A DNA stretch of 64,000 nucleotides from Octopus vulgaris (GCA_951406725.2 OX597838.1:13702001-13766000); one strand, 5' to 3'; shown: positions 11,701 through 27,228, counted from the stretch's first letter. Notes: generated by a model from the letters alone, not told the origin. Made by a program: numbers and translations.

Positions 11701-12517
11701 AACGGAGGTACGCAGATGTGGTGCGTGCTACAAACTGCCAACAAGAATCTTTTTTGTGCATGGCACAAAAGATTGTACAGCAGCTAACCTGGCTCCATCA
11801 AACTCAAACTCGCAGATGGGACTATCCGCAATACACAAGACCACCACAGCAAATAGACCCAAGGAGAACACCGCCTGCAACAGCATTCACCTCACCTCGA
11901 TGCTCCTACTGAACATCAGAGGACTGCTAACACTCAGTAACAGGACAAAAATCCCGTTCTTGAGAGACTTTTGTTGCATGCAATCAAGCCTTATGCATAG
12001 CACTAACGGAAATGCACCTGAAACCGGATATAGCAGATGCGGAGTTACAGGACCAAAGGGTGAAAAAACCAGGAATAGAAGTGGAATCGCAAAAGATGGA
12101 AACAAACAGCGTACACGGGTGTGTAGGTTCTACCTGAGAGGTTCCTGCTGACATGGAAAGGAAGGTGCAGGCTGCTGCTTTGCACATCGGGGACCCTGCC
12201 ACAGAGACACGAGGCAGATGGACAAACCATCAACACAAGGAAAAGGAATGGACCACGCACCACTTGCCCCAAAGCGGAGGTACGCAGATGTTGTGTGTGC
12301 CACAAACCACCAACATGATGTTGTCGAAAGGGCAGCTGCTGAGCAACAATCTTTTTTGTGCATGGCACAAAAGATTGTACAGCAGCTGACCTGGCTTCAT
12401 CAAACCCAAGCCCGCAGGTGGGACTACCCACTATATACCAGACCACCACAGCAAACAGACCCAGGATGGACACCACCGGCAACAACGTACACCTCACCTC
12501 GATGCTCCTACTGAACA
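8788..12517 (+). mobile_element. CR1-group LINE 5' part (ORF1 Myb/SANT-like + CCCH; ORF2 APE N-terminus) in a scrambled tandem array
   Basis: ORF1 9007-9690 with an internal duplication; repeated RVCRFYLRGxCWHG...AH and MLLLNIRGL...IALTETHL...RTDRKERSHGGVA blocks. Confidence 0.85.
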
Positions 12518-12774
12518 TTTCTGTCTCGAAGGCAGAAATTGGCTTCAGAATTAAATAACCCTTTCTTCACACTTTAAAATATATATATATTTTAATATAT
12601 TTTCACTCATTTTCTTTCTTTTTTTCCACCTTCCTTCTCTCCCCGTCTGTGTATATGTGTGCACGTGTATGTATGTGTGTGCGTGTATGTATATATGCAT
12701 GGATGTGAACTTTCACGAACTTTAGATAGATAAATAATCTTTCCCCTCTTTCTTACCCTCCTATCTCTCCTCTT

Positions 12775-13450
12775 TCAGATACTCCATCTTCTAATTAGCC
12801 TTAAGATGAAATAACGTTTAATACTGTTTAATATTGTTTAACATTGTTAATAATTTTTCAGATACTCTTATCTTCTAATTAGCCTTAAGAATAAACAACG
12901 TTTTTACCCACACTTTAACATCTAATTTTTTACCCACACTCTAATATCTTTCTAATTAGCCTTTTTACCCACATTTTAAATATTTGTTAATATATTTTCA
13001 GATACTCTATCCTCTAATTAGCCTTAAGATTAAATAACGTTTTTACCCACACTTTAACTTTTTCACCCACACTTTAATATATTTTTGAATACTCTATCTT
13101 CTAATTAGCCTTAAGATTAAATAACGATTTTCACCCACACTTTAATATAACTGTAATATTGTTAACATATTTTCAGATACTCTATCTCCTAATTAGCCTA
13201 AGATTAAATAACGTTTTTACCCACAAACTTTAATATTGTTAATATTAATAATACTCTATCCTCTAATTAGCCTTAAGATTAAATAACGTTTTTACCCACA
13301 CTCTAATATAATATTAATATTGCTAATATATTTTCAGATACTCTATCTCCTAATTAGCCTTAAGATTAAATAACGTTTTTACCCACAAACTTTAATATTG
13401 TTAATATTTTTTTTTTTTTTCCAAATACTCTATCTTCTAATTAGCCTTAA
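12775..13450. repeat. AT-rich tandem minisatellite (about 9 variable units of 60-90 bp) immediately 5' of LINE ORF1
   Basis: Core atactctatcttctaattagccttaagattaaataacgtttttacccacactttaa recurs; taattagcc is seen 9 times. Confidence 0.9.
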
Positions 13451-13507
13451 TATCTTCTTGTCTTCTCTCGAACATAGTTAGATAAACAAATAGACAGATC
13501 ATCCAGC

Positions 13508-16500
13508 ATGTCCAGAGCATGGAGACCTGACGAACTAGATTTATTCGTACGAGCATGGGGGTGCGCCGGCGGAGATAGCCCTAGCGAGGTGATTGCGGCT
13601 GCGCTGAAGAGCAAAGGCTACAAGAGGACAGCGACTCAGATGGAGCGAAAGAGACGGGAATTAGTGCGCTCATATGCGCTTATACGGTCGCACATTGGCG
13701 CACTTGATGCCATCTTTGAGAACGAGCGGGGCAAAGATGGCAAGAATGGAGACGATGAAAGAAGTCATCCCCACCTGGTGGACGCCCGGGAAGAAGTTTT
13801 GAATGAGAAACCTGCCCGGGAAGTGAATCCAGGTGCAAGTTCTCCAACTGGCAGCAAAGGCCATGGGGACGGAGAACCCGGTGAAGAGGTAGAGGGAGGG
13901 GGAAGAACTAAAAGAAGGGCTGGTAGAGCTAAAGGAAAAGCTCAAGCAGGACCAAAGGGTGAAAAAACCAGGAATAGAAGTGGAATCGCAAAAGATGGAA
14001 ACAAACAGCGCACACGGGTGTGTAGGTTCTACCTGAGAGGTTCCTGCTGGCATGGAAAGGAAGGTGCAGGCTGCCGCTTTGCACATCGGGGACCCTGCCA
14101 CAGAGACACGAGGCAGATGGACAAACCATCAACACAAGGAAAAGGGATGGACCACGCACCACCTGCCCCAAAGCGGAGGTACGCAGATGTTGTGTGTGCC
14201 ACAAACCACCAACATGATGTTGTCGAAAGGGCAGCTGCTGAGCAACAATCTTTTTTGTGCATGGCACAAAAGATTGTACAGCAGCTGACCTGGCTTCATC
14301 AAACCCAAGCCCGCAGGTGGGACTACCCACTATAAACCAGACCACCACAGCAAACAGACCCAGGATGGACACCACCGGCAACAACGTACACCTCACCTCG
14401 ATGCTCCTACTGAACATCAGAGGACTGCAAACACTCAGTAACAGGACAAAAATCCCGTTCCTGAGAGATTTTGTTGCATGCAATCAAGCCTTATGCATAG
14501 CACTTACGGAAATACACCTGAAACCGGATATAACAGATGCGGAATTACACATACCACAGTATGTTGTACTACGGACTGACAGAAAAGAAAGGAGTCATGG
14601 AGGAGTTGCTAAGTACATTCGTGAGGACCTCACACCCCAGGTCCTTTTGTCATACTCAAACTCGGTGTGTGACACACTAATTGTACATATAAGGCAACGT
14701 GGTGTAGTTGTGTGTGCTACATATCGCCCTCCAGGTGCCCCATGGACCACACACTACCTGCCCCAAAACGGAGTCACGCAGATGTGGTGCGTGCTACAAA
14801 CCGCCAACATGTTATTGAAAGGGCAGCTGCTGAACAAGAATCTTTTTTGTGCATGGCACAAAAGATTGTACAGCAGCTAACCTGGCTCCATCAAACTCAA
14901 GCTCGCAGATGGGACTATCCACAATACACAAGACCACCACAGCAAATAGACCCAAGGAGAACACCGCCGGCAACAGCATACACCTCACCTCGATGCTCCT
15001 ACTGAACATCAGAGGACTGCTAACACTCAGTAACAGGACAAAAATCCTGTTCCTGAGAGACTTTGTTGCATGCAATCAAGCCTTATGCATAGCACTTACG
15101 GAAACACACCTGAAACCGAACATAGCGGATGCGGAATTACACATACCACAGTATGTTGTACTACGGACTGACAGAAAAGAAAGGAGTCATGGAGGAGTTG
15201 CTATGTACATCCGTGAGGACCTCACACCCCAGGTCCTTTTGTCATACCCAAACTCGGTGTGTGACACACTAATTGTACATATAAGGCAACTTGGTGTAGT
15301 TGTGTGTGCTACATACCGCCCTCCAGGTGCCCCATGGACCATGCACTACCTGCCCCAAAACGGAGGTACGCAGATGTGGTGCGTGCTACAAACTGCCAAC
15401 AAGAATCTTTTTGTGCATGGCACAAAAGATTTTACAGCCGCTAACCTGGCTCCATCAAACTCAAACTCGCAGATGGGACTATCCACAATACACAAGACCA
15501 CCACAGCAAATAGACCCAAGGAGAACACCGCCTGCAACAGCATTCACCTCACCTCGATGCTCCTACTGAACATCAGAGGACTGCTAACACTCAGTAACAG
15601 GACAAAAATCCCGTTCCTGAGAGATTTTGTTGCATGCAATCAAGCCTTATGCATAGCACTTACGGAAATACACCTGAAACCGGACATAGCAGATGCGGAA
15701 TTACACATACCACAGTATGTTGTACTACGGACTGACAGAAAAGAAAGGAGTCATGGAGGAGTTGCTATGTACATTCGTGAGGACCTCACACCCCAGGTCC
15801 TTTTGTCATACTCAAACTCGGTGTGTGACACACTAATTGTACATATAAGGCAACTTGGTGTAGTTGTGTGTGCTACATACCGCCCTCCAGGTGCCCCAAG
15901 CCATGTAGACAAAATAGAAGTTCTAGTCACATTAGAACGACACATAAGTGTACTTCTCATGGGAGACTTCAATCTACCCAATGTCAGATGGCCCGAGGGC
16001 TTACTCTCCCAGGAATGACACGATGTGAACGAGGACAGGCGAGGTCCCTCCTGAACTTCATCAACACCCTGTACATGGAGCAAGTAATACTCCAACCAAC
16101 CAGGGCAGGTAACACACTGGATCTCTGCTTCACAAATAATATGGATCTCATCCATAATGTGAAAGTGACACCAACACTACTCTCAGATCACAACATGGTA
16201 GAGCTGACCATGTACAGGCCAAAGGAAAGCATGGACATGCAGCCTACAAGAAACTCTCAGAATCTTTCCAGCTTGAACTTCCATAAGGCAAACTGGAAAC
16301 AAATTGAGAAAGAGATCCTCAAACAAAACTGGCCTGAATGTCTCTCCTCGCCAGACATCGACATGAAACTTCAACAATTCATGTCTGTAATGCAAGCCAT
16401 ATGCTACAAATGTGTCCCAGAGAGAAAGGTTACTGTACACAAGAACAAAATCCTCAGAGAGAGGAAAATTCTAACGAGACGGCGTACAAAAGTTTCAAAT

Positions 16501-16690
16501 CGCCTAAACATACAAATTGAAAGCAGTGAAAAGTCCCGCCTGAAAATAAAACTGTTGGAAATTGAAAAATGTCTGCAACTCTCCCATGAAAAGGAAAGAG
16601 CAGACAAAGAAGCCTGGGCTATAGACAACATAAAATCTACAGGTATGCCAAAGAAACAGCTACGGTGCACTGTAGGATAGGGCCACTCTT
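13508..16690 (+). mobile_element. CR1-group LINE copy 2: ORF1 (275 aa open) and APE with internal triplication, truncated before RT
   Basis: ORF 13508-14335; APE motifs MGDFNLP, PTRAGNTLDLCF, LSDHNMV. Confidence 0.88.
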
Positions 16691-16764
16691 TACCACTGCA
16701 GATATAAAATCAGAGGCAGCGATGATTGATTACATAACACTTTGAATTATTTATTTATTGAGAA

Positions 16765-18207
16765 TTTGTACAGAGAGTTTGAGCCGTCGCCCTTGTGAAT
16801 CGGACTGCAAGCATTGTGCAGGAAGAGAAGAACGTAGTAGCGGGTGCAGGCGTACTGTAGTGACCGGGTACGTATCCACTGGAGAGTTACGGAGGAGACA
16901 GCTGGAGGATGCCGACTTGGGGCCGGTGGTGGAGTGGCTGCAGCAGGGAACAGCGAGACCATCTTGGGAGGAAGTATCCAGGTCCGGCCCCGAAACTAAA
17001 AGCTATTGGGGCCAGTGGGACCTTCTTCGTCTGAACGACGGGTTGCTTGAGGGGCGCTGGGAAACGCCCAATGGCCTGAGTAAATATTGGCAGTTGGTGA
17101 TCCCCAGGGGGATGAGACCTGAACTGTTGGAGGAGGCCCACAACCAGATCACAGTGGACATCTGGGGGTCAAGAAGACGCTGAGTCGGCTGCGGCACAGG
17201 TTCTATTGGAGAGGCATGCGTCGGGACGTTCAGGAATGGTGTCGATCTTGTGATGTATGCTGCGCCAAGAAGGGACCGAGGAGGCGGGGTGGGGGCGTGC
17301 CCCTCTGCAGTTGTACCAGGTTGGTGTGCCCATGGAAAGGATAGCCGTGGATATAGCTGGACCGTTGCCACTCACGGAAAGAGGCAACAGGTACATGTGT
17401 GTGGCCATGGACTATTTCACAAAATGGCCTGAGGCATATGTCATCCGTGATCAGGAGGCCACATCTGTTGCGCAGGTGTTGGTAGACCAGTTCTTCTGTG
17501 GGTTCGGTATGCCCCAGGAGTTGCATTCCGATCAAGGTAGGAACTTTGAATCGGCTGTGTTCCAGGAATGTTGTAGGCTGTTGGGGATTAAGAAGACCAG
17601 AACGACCCCAATCGGATGGGATGGTGGAAAAGTTTAATTGGACACTGGGGCAGGAACTAGCCAAATACTGTGTAGACAGACAGTTGGAGTGGGACTTAAA
17701 GCTGCCCGCGCTGCTGCTTGCTTATCGTTCCGCGACGCACGAGACGACTGGCTATACGCCTGCAAAGCTGATGTTGGGCCATGAAGTAAGGCTCCCAGTT
17801 GATCAGGTGTTGGGAAGACCTCCGGGAGAGGAGCTACCCAGGGAGACCTCCAGCTACATAAAACATTTGCAGGAGACGCTGACCGAGGTACACCAGCAGG
17901 TTAGAGAAGCCCAGGGCTAGTGAGGTCGACTTCAAGGAGGGCGATGAGGTGTGGTTCCACAACCCCAGGCGGAAGAGAGGGCAGTCTCCGAAGCTGCAGA
18001 GTCCTTGGGAGGGGCCTTACACGGTGGTGACTCGTTTGTCCGATGTAACGTACAGGATTCGGGGAGGCAGGAGGTCTTCCCCGAAAATTGTACATGCGAA
18101 CCGTCTGTGGAGGTACCATGGGCCTGGCCGGTTCAGCTGGGGCTCGCCCTTGGAGGTGCGAGTTTAGTGTGCTTTTGTCGGGACGACAAAGCTTAGGTAG
18201 TGGGTAG
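16765..18207 (+). mobile_element. Gypsy/Ty3 integrase region (pseudogenised)
   Basis: HHCC remnant; PMERIAVDIAGPLP, MDYFTKWPEAY, LHSDQGRNFES, SDGMVEKFN, KLQSPWEGPY (GPY/F motif); purine-rich tract at 18195-18207. Confidence 0.93.
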
Positions 18208-19084
18208 TGCTATGAATGGTTCAATCTAAGGACAGTTGGCTGCGACCTAATTTGGAATATATCCATTGTCCTGTCAGATTCAGGTGGATTGATTGGTTCT
18301 GGGTAGACCTGCGACCCCTTTCAGGTGAACTAAAGTTTGTTCTAAACACCCCTTAAAAAGGAAGAACCTTGAGCTGTAAACACAGTTGGCCGGAAACTCT
18401 GCTAGAGACGAGTCAGTCGAGGACAGAGCAAGTAACAGGTTGTTTTCTGCTGAGACAGATGAAAGACAGGGAGGATTAAGGAACTAAGAGACTGCAGCGA
18501 GAGGGCTTGGCAATTACAGTAGTAATTTTCTGAAATAGTTGCAGACGGAAAAGGAACGTCTGGTAAAGTTTTGTTTGTGTTTAATTATGTTTTGATATGT
18601 GAAGAAAAAGAAGGAAAGAGTTGTGGTATTTATGTAAAAAGAATTGTATTGATACGTGATACGAAAAAAAAGAGAAAGAAGAAAAAGAGAAGGAAAAAGA
18701 ATCAATGTATTGAAATGAGACAGTAAAAAAAGAACTATGAACTGTATCGTGTTTTGAATTGATCTGATTTGAACATTATTTGTCTACGAACATTGTATAT
18801 GCCTTTAATGTGTTTTGAAACAGAACTGTTGTCTCCGGACTGTTTAAATGCTTTGATGTGTTGATTCTCTTAATTGCTTGTATTTACCTGTATCTTGATA
18901 TGTAATTGATGTTGTAACAATTGTAATAGTCATATAAACTAGTTGTTAACGTAGCCAATTGCCTTGCCTTCTTTGTGTCTCTTCCTGCTGCTGTTGTTGT
19001 AGTTGTTGTCGTTATCTCTCTCCTCTCTGGGGTTCCGCGGCAAACTTTCCCGTTTGAGCGAGCGACGGCAGGTGGTCCGTAACA
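18208..19084 (+). mobile_element. Gypsy LTR sequences (3' LTR start joined to the end of a second LTR)
   Basis: Starts TG right after the purine tract; 18885-19084 is similar to 24210-24682 and ends ggtccgtaaCA. Confidence 0.6.
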
Positions 19085-19564
19085 ATATGCATATGTATGT
19101 ATATATATATATATACATTTCGTTGGCGATTGTATCTCGCCAACATCTGTATTTGTCCCCTCTACCGAAAAGGTAATTATTTCTACGCCTGCTGCTATGT
19201 TTGTTGTTTTTGTCTCATTTGGTCTAAAGTCGTATGACAACCACCGTTATATTATATTTTGTTTAACCGTTACCGTTTTCCATTTCGTTTTCGTCTCTCG
19301 TATTTACATCCGTCTCGTGCGTTCACATTCCTGTCTTCTACCAAGAAATCTAATGCTTACAGCTTAGTTTTTTTTCTTGGGGCTGGCCGAGTTGGAGCAA
19401 ATATCAGAATTGAACAGCCGAAATTTGCTATGATGATTCGGTGTCTGACTGAAGATTGAAGGCTTCGAATGATTTGTCTGTGTTCCGTGTTTGTCCCTTC
19501 CTGTATTTCACGTTCTTTATATATAAAACATTTATTCTTATATATATACATATATGTATATATG

Positions 19565-22500
19565 ATACCAAGATGGCGCCGAACTAACAACAAGTGTGTG
19601 TTAACGTGTCTCTCCTAAAGATTAAAGAAGTCCTTCCAGAGATCGATGTTATCAGAAGCGAAATTTGTCTGCAAAGTGAATATAAGTGAAAGTACAAGAC
19701 ACTGTATTTGAGAAGAATATTTTCGCTTTTGATATAGTATTTGCAACTAGAACATACCTCGTGAATACATGTGTTAAAAAGCATGTGTGTTACTTCCTGC
19801 AATCGAAGTGAATTTGTCTGCGAAATTTTTTGTCTGTGAAACAACAAGACACAATATTTTAGAGAAGGATATTTTTGCTTTTGATGTCGTATATCTGCAT
19901 GTTCTGAAAGCCTCTGAAAATTTGCTGCCTAATACCAAATCGCTTAAGAAAATATAGAAAGTATCGTTAATTTTTTGCATCTACGAAATCGGAACTCTAA
20001 TTCCTTTTGTTTACAAAATACGATTGAGGAATATCAAAGGTCTATCTTCCTTTCTTATAAAACAGAATCACGGTAAGTATTCTCTCTCTCAGCCAGTAAG
20101 GTAAGAAAAATATTATTTATTATCATTAGTGTTCTTTCAACCAGAAGATAATAATTAAAAAACGATCTGTCTCTCCATCCACCAGACCCTCTATATCCGT
20201 TCTCTCTCTCCCTCTGCCATCGTTTCTCTTTCTGCAACTCTCTCAGATCAACTTTCTCACATCTCACCCCCCTCTCAGTTCCTCAACTTCACTCATTCTC
20301 TCTTGTATCTATATACCGCCCTCTTTCTCTCTCTCTCTGTTACTCCCCCTCCCTCTCCCTGCTCCCCCCTAGGGTCCACCCTCTTGTCTCTCTTCTCCAC
20401 CCTGTCCCTTTACTTTCTTTCTATTACACCTCTATCCCGCTCACTCTCCTGCCATTCTTTCTCTTTTTTCCCTCTTTTTCTCTCTTCTCTCAGGACAATC
20501 CCCTCGTCTCTCTATCCCCCCCCCGGCTTTTCTCCTTTCTCCTCTCCAGTCAACCATCTTATCTTTCCTTCTCTCTCTGTTCCTATATTTCACTCTCACT
20601 ATATCTCAGACGAAAATGTCAAGAAACTGGTCTGCGAGAGAGGTGCGATTGTTAGTCCGCGCTTGGAGGATTGCTGAGGACGACTCGCTGAACAATATCA
20701 TTGCAGTGGTGCTGAAGAGCAATGATTTTTCAAGAACCACCGCCCAGATAGAGCGAAAGAAACGAGAATTTATCCGTTCATACGCTCTAATCAGGCAACA
20801 TGTAGACACCCTGGACATCATCCTAGGAGGTGACGGCACCAGGGAAGGCCAAAAGGATGAAGAAAACATCCAGAACCAAACGGAGAAACCTAGAACACAG
20901 GGAAACAATGACACATGTCCAGCTCCCACACCACAACTGAAGACCAAAGAGGTGTGATGGCCGCAAGTAAAGAAAAGCACCCTAAAATTGATGGGAAACA
21001 GGAGGTAAAAGGCGACAAAATCAAAGCTAAAAGAAACCCTGTCCAGAGAAAACAAAAGGACCCCAGCAAGAACTATAAGGGCAAAGAAAGAAACATCTGC
21101 AAATTCTACCCGAAGGGGGACTGCTGGTACTGCGTCGAAGGTGCGAACTGTCGCTTTGCACATCAGAGGCCCTACCAAAACCGCACGGACGCCAGACAGG
21201 GGTCCCTCCCTCGGGGAGAACAAAAAGAAAAATATAGAAGGGAAAAAAGCGCACTGACCACTCCTGAAAGACGATATGCGGATGTGGTGCGCGGTAACCC
21301 AACAAATGGCCAGCTTCACCCAGATGTGAGAAGGGCAGCAGCTGAACAGCAATCTTTTTTGTGCATGGCACAAAAAATTGTTCAGCAGCTGACCTGGCTA
21401 CAAGCACAAAGCTGGAACTACCACCACATAAGGCCACCACCAACAGATGCAGGATGGCCACCACACACACCATGAAAATATTTCTACTGAATGTAGGAGG
21501 GCTGCTGCGCGGAAACTGCAAAAGGAAAATCTCATTCCTGAGAGACCTTGTGACATGCAATCAAGCTATATGCATGGCACTCACAGAAACGCATCTTGAA
21601 CCCGATATAGGTGATGCAGAAATACACATGCTGCAATATGCCGTCATACGCACAGATAGAAAAGGGAGGAGCCATGGTGGAGTTGCAATGTACATCCGAG
21701 ATGACCTCATGCCCCAGGTCCTGCTGTCATATTCAAACTCAGTATGTGAAACTCAAATTGTACACATAAGACAACTGAATATCATCATATGCACTACATA
21801 TCGCCCACCAGATGCCCCTAAACACTCAGGCATGTTTGAAGACTGCCTAACAAAAATAGGAGAAGTCCTCACCAACCTTGAACAACACAATAGTGTATTC
21901 TTCATGAGTGACTTTAACCTCCCCAATGTGGAATGGCCTGGGGGGGCAGATGCTCCCAGGGATGACACACCATCAGCAGGCACAGGTGGAGTCCCTGCTC
22001 CATCTCACAAATGCCTCTTTTATGGAGCAAATAGTTCTGCAACCAACAAGGGCAGATAATATACTGGATCTCTGCTTCACAAACAATATGGATATTATCC
22101 ATAATGTTAATGTGATGCCGACAATGATCTCGGATCACAACATAATAGAGCTGTCTATGTATGGAACAAAAGCCCCCGTAGACACACAGCCTATACGAAG
22201 CACCCACCATCTCTCCAACTTAAACTTTCATAAAGCCAACTGGAAGTTGATTGAGAAAGAGATCCTCAAACAGGATTGGCCTGAATGTCTCTCCACACTG
22301 GACATAAACATGAGACACAAACACTTCATGTCCATAATACAAGCCATATGTGACAAATATGTCCCAGTGTGTAGGGCCAGCACACACAAGAACAAAAACA
22401 GGATCCCTAGAGAAAGGAGGATTCTTATGAGACGACGGACAAGGATTGCGAACCGCCTGAGCAAGCACACCAAAAGTGGTGAGAAGTCTTGGCTCGAATG

Positions 22501-23078
22501 CTAATGGAAACTGAGAAAAGTCTACATCAGTCCCATGAAAAGGAGAGAGCAGATAAAGAAGCTTGGGTAATAGAAAATATAAAATCAAACCCTAAAGCTT
22601 TCTTTAAGTTTACCACAGAGACAGCCACAGTGCACCAGAGAATAGGACCTCTCTTCCAAAAAGATGGCTCTCTCACAGGAAATCCCACGAGGATAAGTGA
22701 AATACTGAACGAACAGTTCCAAAGTGTGTTCACTACACCTCTAGAACACAGGCAAGTAAACAACCCAGAAGAATTCTTTGCCACTTTACCTGTGGCCAAA
22801 GAGGCAAAAATTGAGTACATCAACATCGAAGATGATGATATCATACTAGCCATAGATGAGATTGACACAAACTCAGCTGCTGGACCTGATGGATTCCCAG
22901 CGATCCTTCTCAAATCATGCAAATGAGCCCTTGCAAAACCGCTACAGCTTCTTTTTCAGAGCTTTCTTGCAAGTGGTAAGCTCCCAGTCAAATTGGAAGA
23001 GGGGTTAATATGCCCTATCCATAAGGGAGGTAGCAGAGCAGATGCTAAAAATTATAGGCCTATCTCTCTGACCTCACA
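19565..23078 (+). mobile_element. CR1-group LINE copy 3 (diverged subfamily): putative 5' region, ORF1, APE, start of RT
   Basis: ORF1 MSRNWSAREVRLLVRAW... (20616), ICKFYPKGDCWYCVEGANCRFAH, APE from 21472, ends at PIHKGGSRADAKNYRPISLTSH. The 5' boundary (caagatggcg) is tentative. Confidence 0.85.
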
Positions 23079-24965
<1,887 letters not shown>

Positions 24966-25850
24966 GCGGAGGTTGCCCATCAAGTGAAGCGGACAGTGAC
25001 GGGTGTGGGTTGGAGGAACCCCGTGTTGCGGAAACTAAACCGGATGTTGCAGAAACCGAAAAGCCTGCTGAATGTGTGCTGTCTGCTGCTGCTGTTCCGT
25101 GTCTGGAGCCTTTGGCATCTCGACCCCCTGTCTTCCGGGACTCAGGTCGAAGGGCTGGTGAAGTCTGGAGCTGATGTCGCTGAATCCGAGGAGCTGGCTC
25201 TGTGTGTGGTCGTCGTTGCAGTTGATGTGCCGTGTGTGAGTCCTTTGGTGACTGGGCCTGTCTCTTGGGGCTCAGGAGGACTGTCGGACGAACTTGCATG
25301 TTGTGAAGCCTTCGGTGCAGAAGCTGGTGAGGAAGAGGACCAAGCCTGGTGACGAGGCGAGACGGCTGCGAACGGTGGTAGGTCTACCAAGACCAGGAAG
25401 ACTGCTCCAGTGTCAAGTGAGTTAGTGAAAGCCCAAGTGAGGGTCGGGTGGACCCTGGTAGAAGCAGAAGCTGGCAGGGTCAGCCGATCTTTTGGAAGTG
25501 GCACAGGCGATTTTGTAGAGGGCAAATCGAGGAATCGTGCCAGATGGTGAACCAGCGGCAGGGCCAGTTCTGCCAATACAGTAATGCAGTCGATGGAGAT
25601 GGTGGTCTACCTGTGCAGTTGCGGAAGTGGTCCTCAAGGAGTCGCCGGTGCTTGGTTGGCACTCGGGTGAGCTTTGTGTTCGATGGTTGCATGGGGCTGG
25701 TGGAGCCCGATAGGCAGTGCATGCTGAAAGCCCAATTGAGGGTCGGGTGGACCCTGGTGGAGGCAGAAGTTGACAGAGCGCTGGTTGGGTCGGCCGATTT
25801 AATGAAGGCTGCGCAGGCGATTCGTCGCTGCCATTCTTAACTAAGAGCTA
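24966..25850 (-). mobile_element. Unclassified GC-rich coding-like fragment, possibly the N-terminus of an R2-group element
   Basis: Ser/Pro/Thr-rich minus-strand ORFs with Cys/His remnants; internal repeat 25425-25490 / 25725-25800. Confidence 0.3.
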
Positions 25851-25899
25851 ATACGGCCTTTTTGGATTATCGCCTAACATCGGTTGAGGACTCTTACAC

Positions 25900-27228
25900 A
25901 CAGAAGAATTTAATATGGATGCATATTACATAGATTATTCTATGAAAAATATACCAATCCCATCAAAGGAATTTTACTCAAAGAATCTTCTACAGAAAAT
26001 TACTGATCTAATTAAGCACATGAGATGGAAGGCTTTCTTTTTTGATACAGAAGCGGACACCAAGGAAAACATTTTCTATCGAATAAAATCCAAAAAATTC
26101 CCTCCCAGGATTAAAGGCTTGGAAGATTTCGAAGCGGACCTGCTGAAAATTATGAACAAAATAAAATTTCGTAAGTCTTTTAACAATTTCCATCATAAAT
26201 TGAAAAAAGATATTAAACATATAAAAAGCCCTCCCCCAAAAAGAGGCCTTTATTACTATTAAAGATCACAAAGAGAACTTCCTTTCCAACCCTAAATGTA
26301 GGCTTATCAACCCAGCCAAGTCAGAACTTGGCATTATTAGTAAAGAAATTTTAGATAAAATAAATGCGAAAATTAAGACCGATACTAGGCTAGTACAATG
26401 GTCCAATAGTATAGAAGTCGTAGACTGGTTTAAAGCCATTAAGAATAAGAAAAAAGCGAGGTTTACACAATTCGATATTGTTGATTTTTATGCTTCTATC
26501 TCTAAACAACTGCTAGATAAAGCCCTCGTCTTCACAGAAATTAGTACAAATGATAAGGACATAATCTTCCATGCTAGAAAGACCTTACTTTTCAGTGAGA
26601 ACGCAAAGTGGGTCAAAAACACCGACACAGAGGGCGCTTTCGAAGTGAGCATGGGGTCAAATGATGGGGCAGGCATTTGCGATCTTATTGGATTTTTTCT
26701 CCTAGATACCTTAGGTAAGACATTCCCTGACGTACATTTCGCCATCTACAAAGATGATGCCCTTGCCTTAACAGCTAATACAAATGGACCAGCACAAGAT
26801 CGTTTTAGGAAGGATATTATCCAGCTAATGAAATACTTCGGACTTAGTATAACTATAGATACTAACCTGACGGTTGTCAATTTCTTAGACGTTTCCTTAG
26901 ATCTTAATAAGAATATTTATAAGCCTTATAGGAAGCCCAATGATAGACTAAGTTACATTAATGTAGGTTCATGCCATCTCCCTATAGTATTCAAAAATTT
27001 AGTTAAAAATATTAGTAAGAGAATTTCTAGCCTCTCCTCCGATAAGGACATTTTTAATAGCGTTGCCCCAGTTTATAATAAGGCTTTAAAAGATAGTGGT
27101 TTTCGCGAAAAAATAAAATATACACCCGTTACTAGCCCAACAGTAAGGAAAAGGAATAATAGAAATAGGAAGGTAATCTGGTTTACACCCCCTTACTCAC
27201 CCGAGGTGGCCTTCAATATAGGTAAAGA
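25900..27228 (+). mobile_element. Penelope-like (Naiad-like) RT fragment, family 1
   Basis: MRWKAFF, KDHKENF..NPKCRLINPAKSELG, QFDIVDFY, MGSNDGA, YKDD, NFLDVSLDL, IWFTPPYS. Confidence 0.88.

Noticed and set aside
12775-13450. CRISPR-like array
   Set aside because: Eukaryotic context, the between-repeat sequences are themselves related, and there are no cas genes; it is a minisatellite.
14849-16018. 389-aa ORF as a functional host gene
   Set aside because: It is two fused partial APE copies created by duplication and a compensating frameshift.
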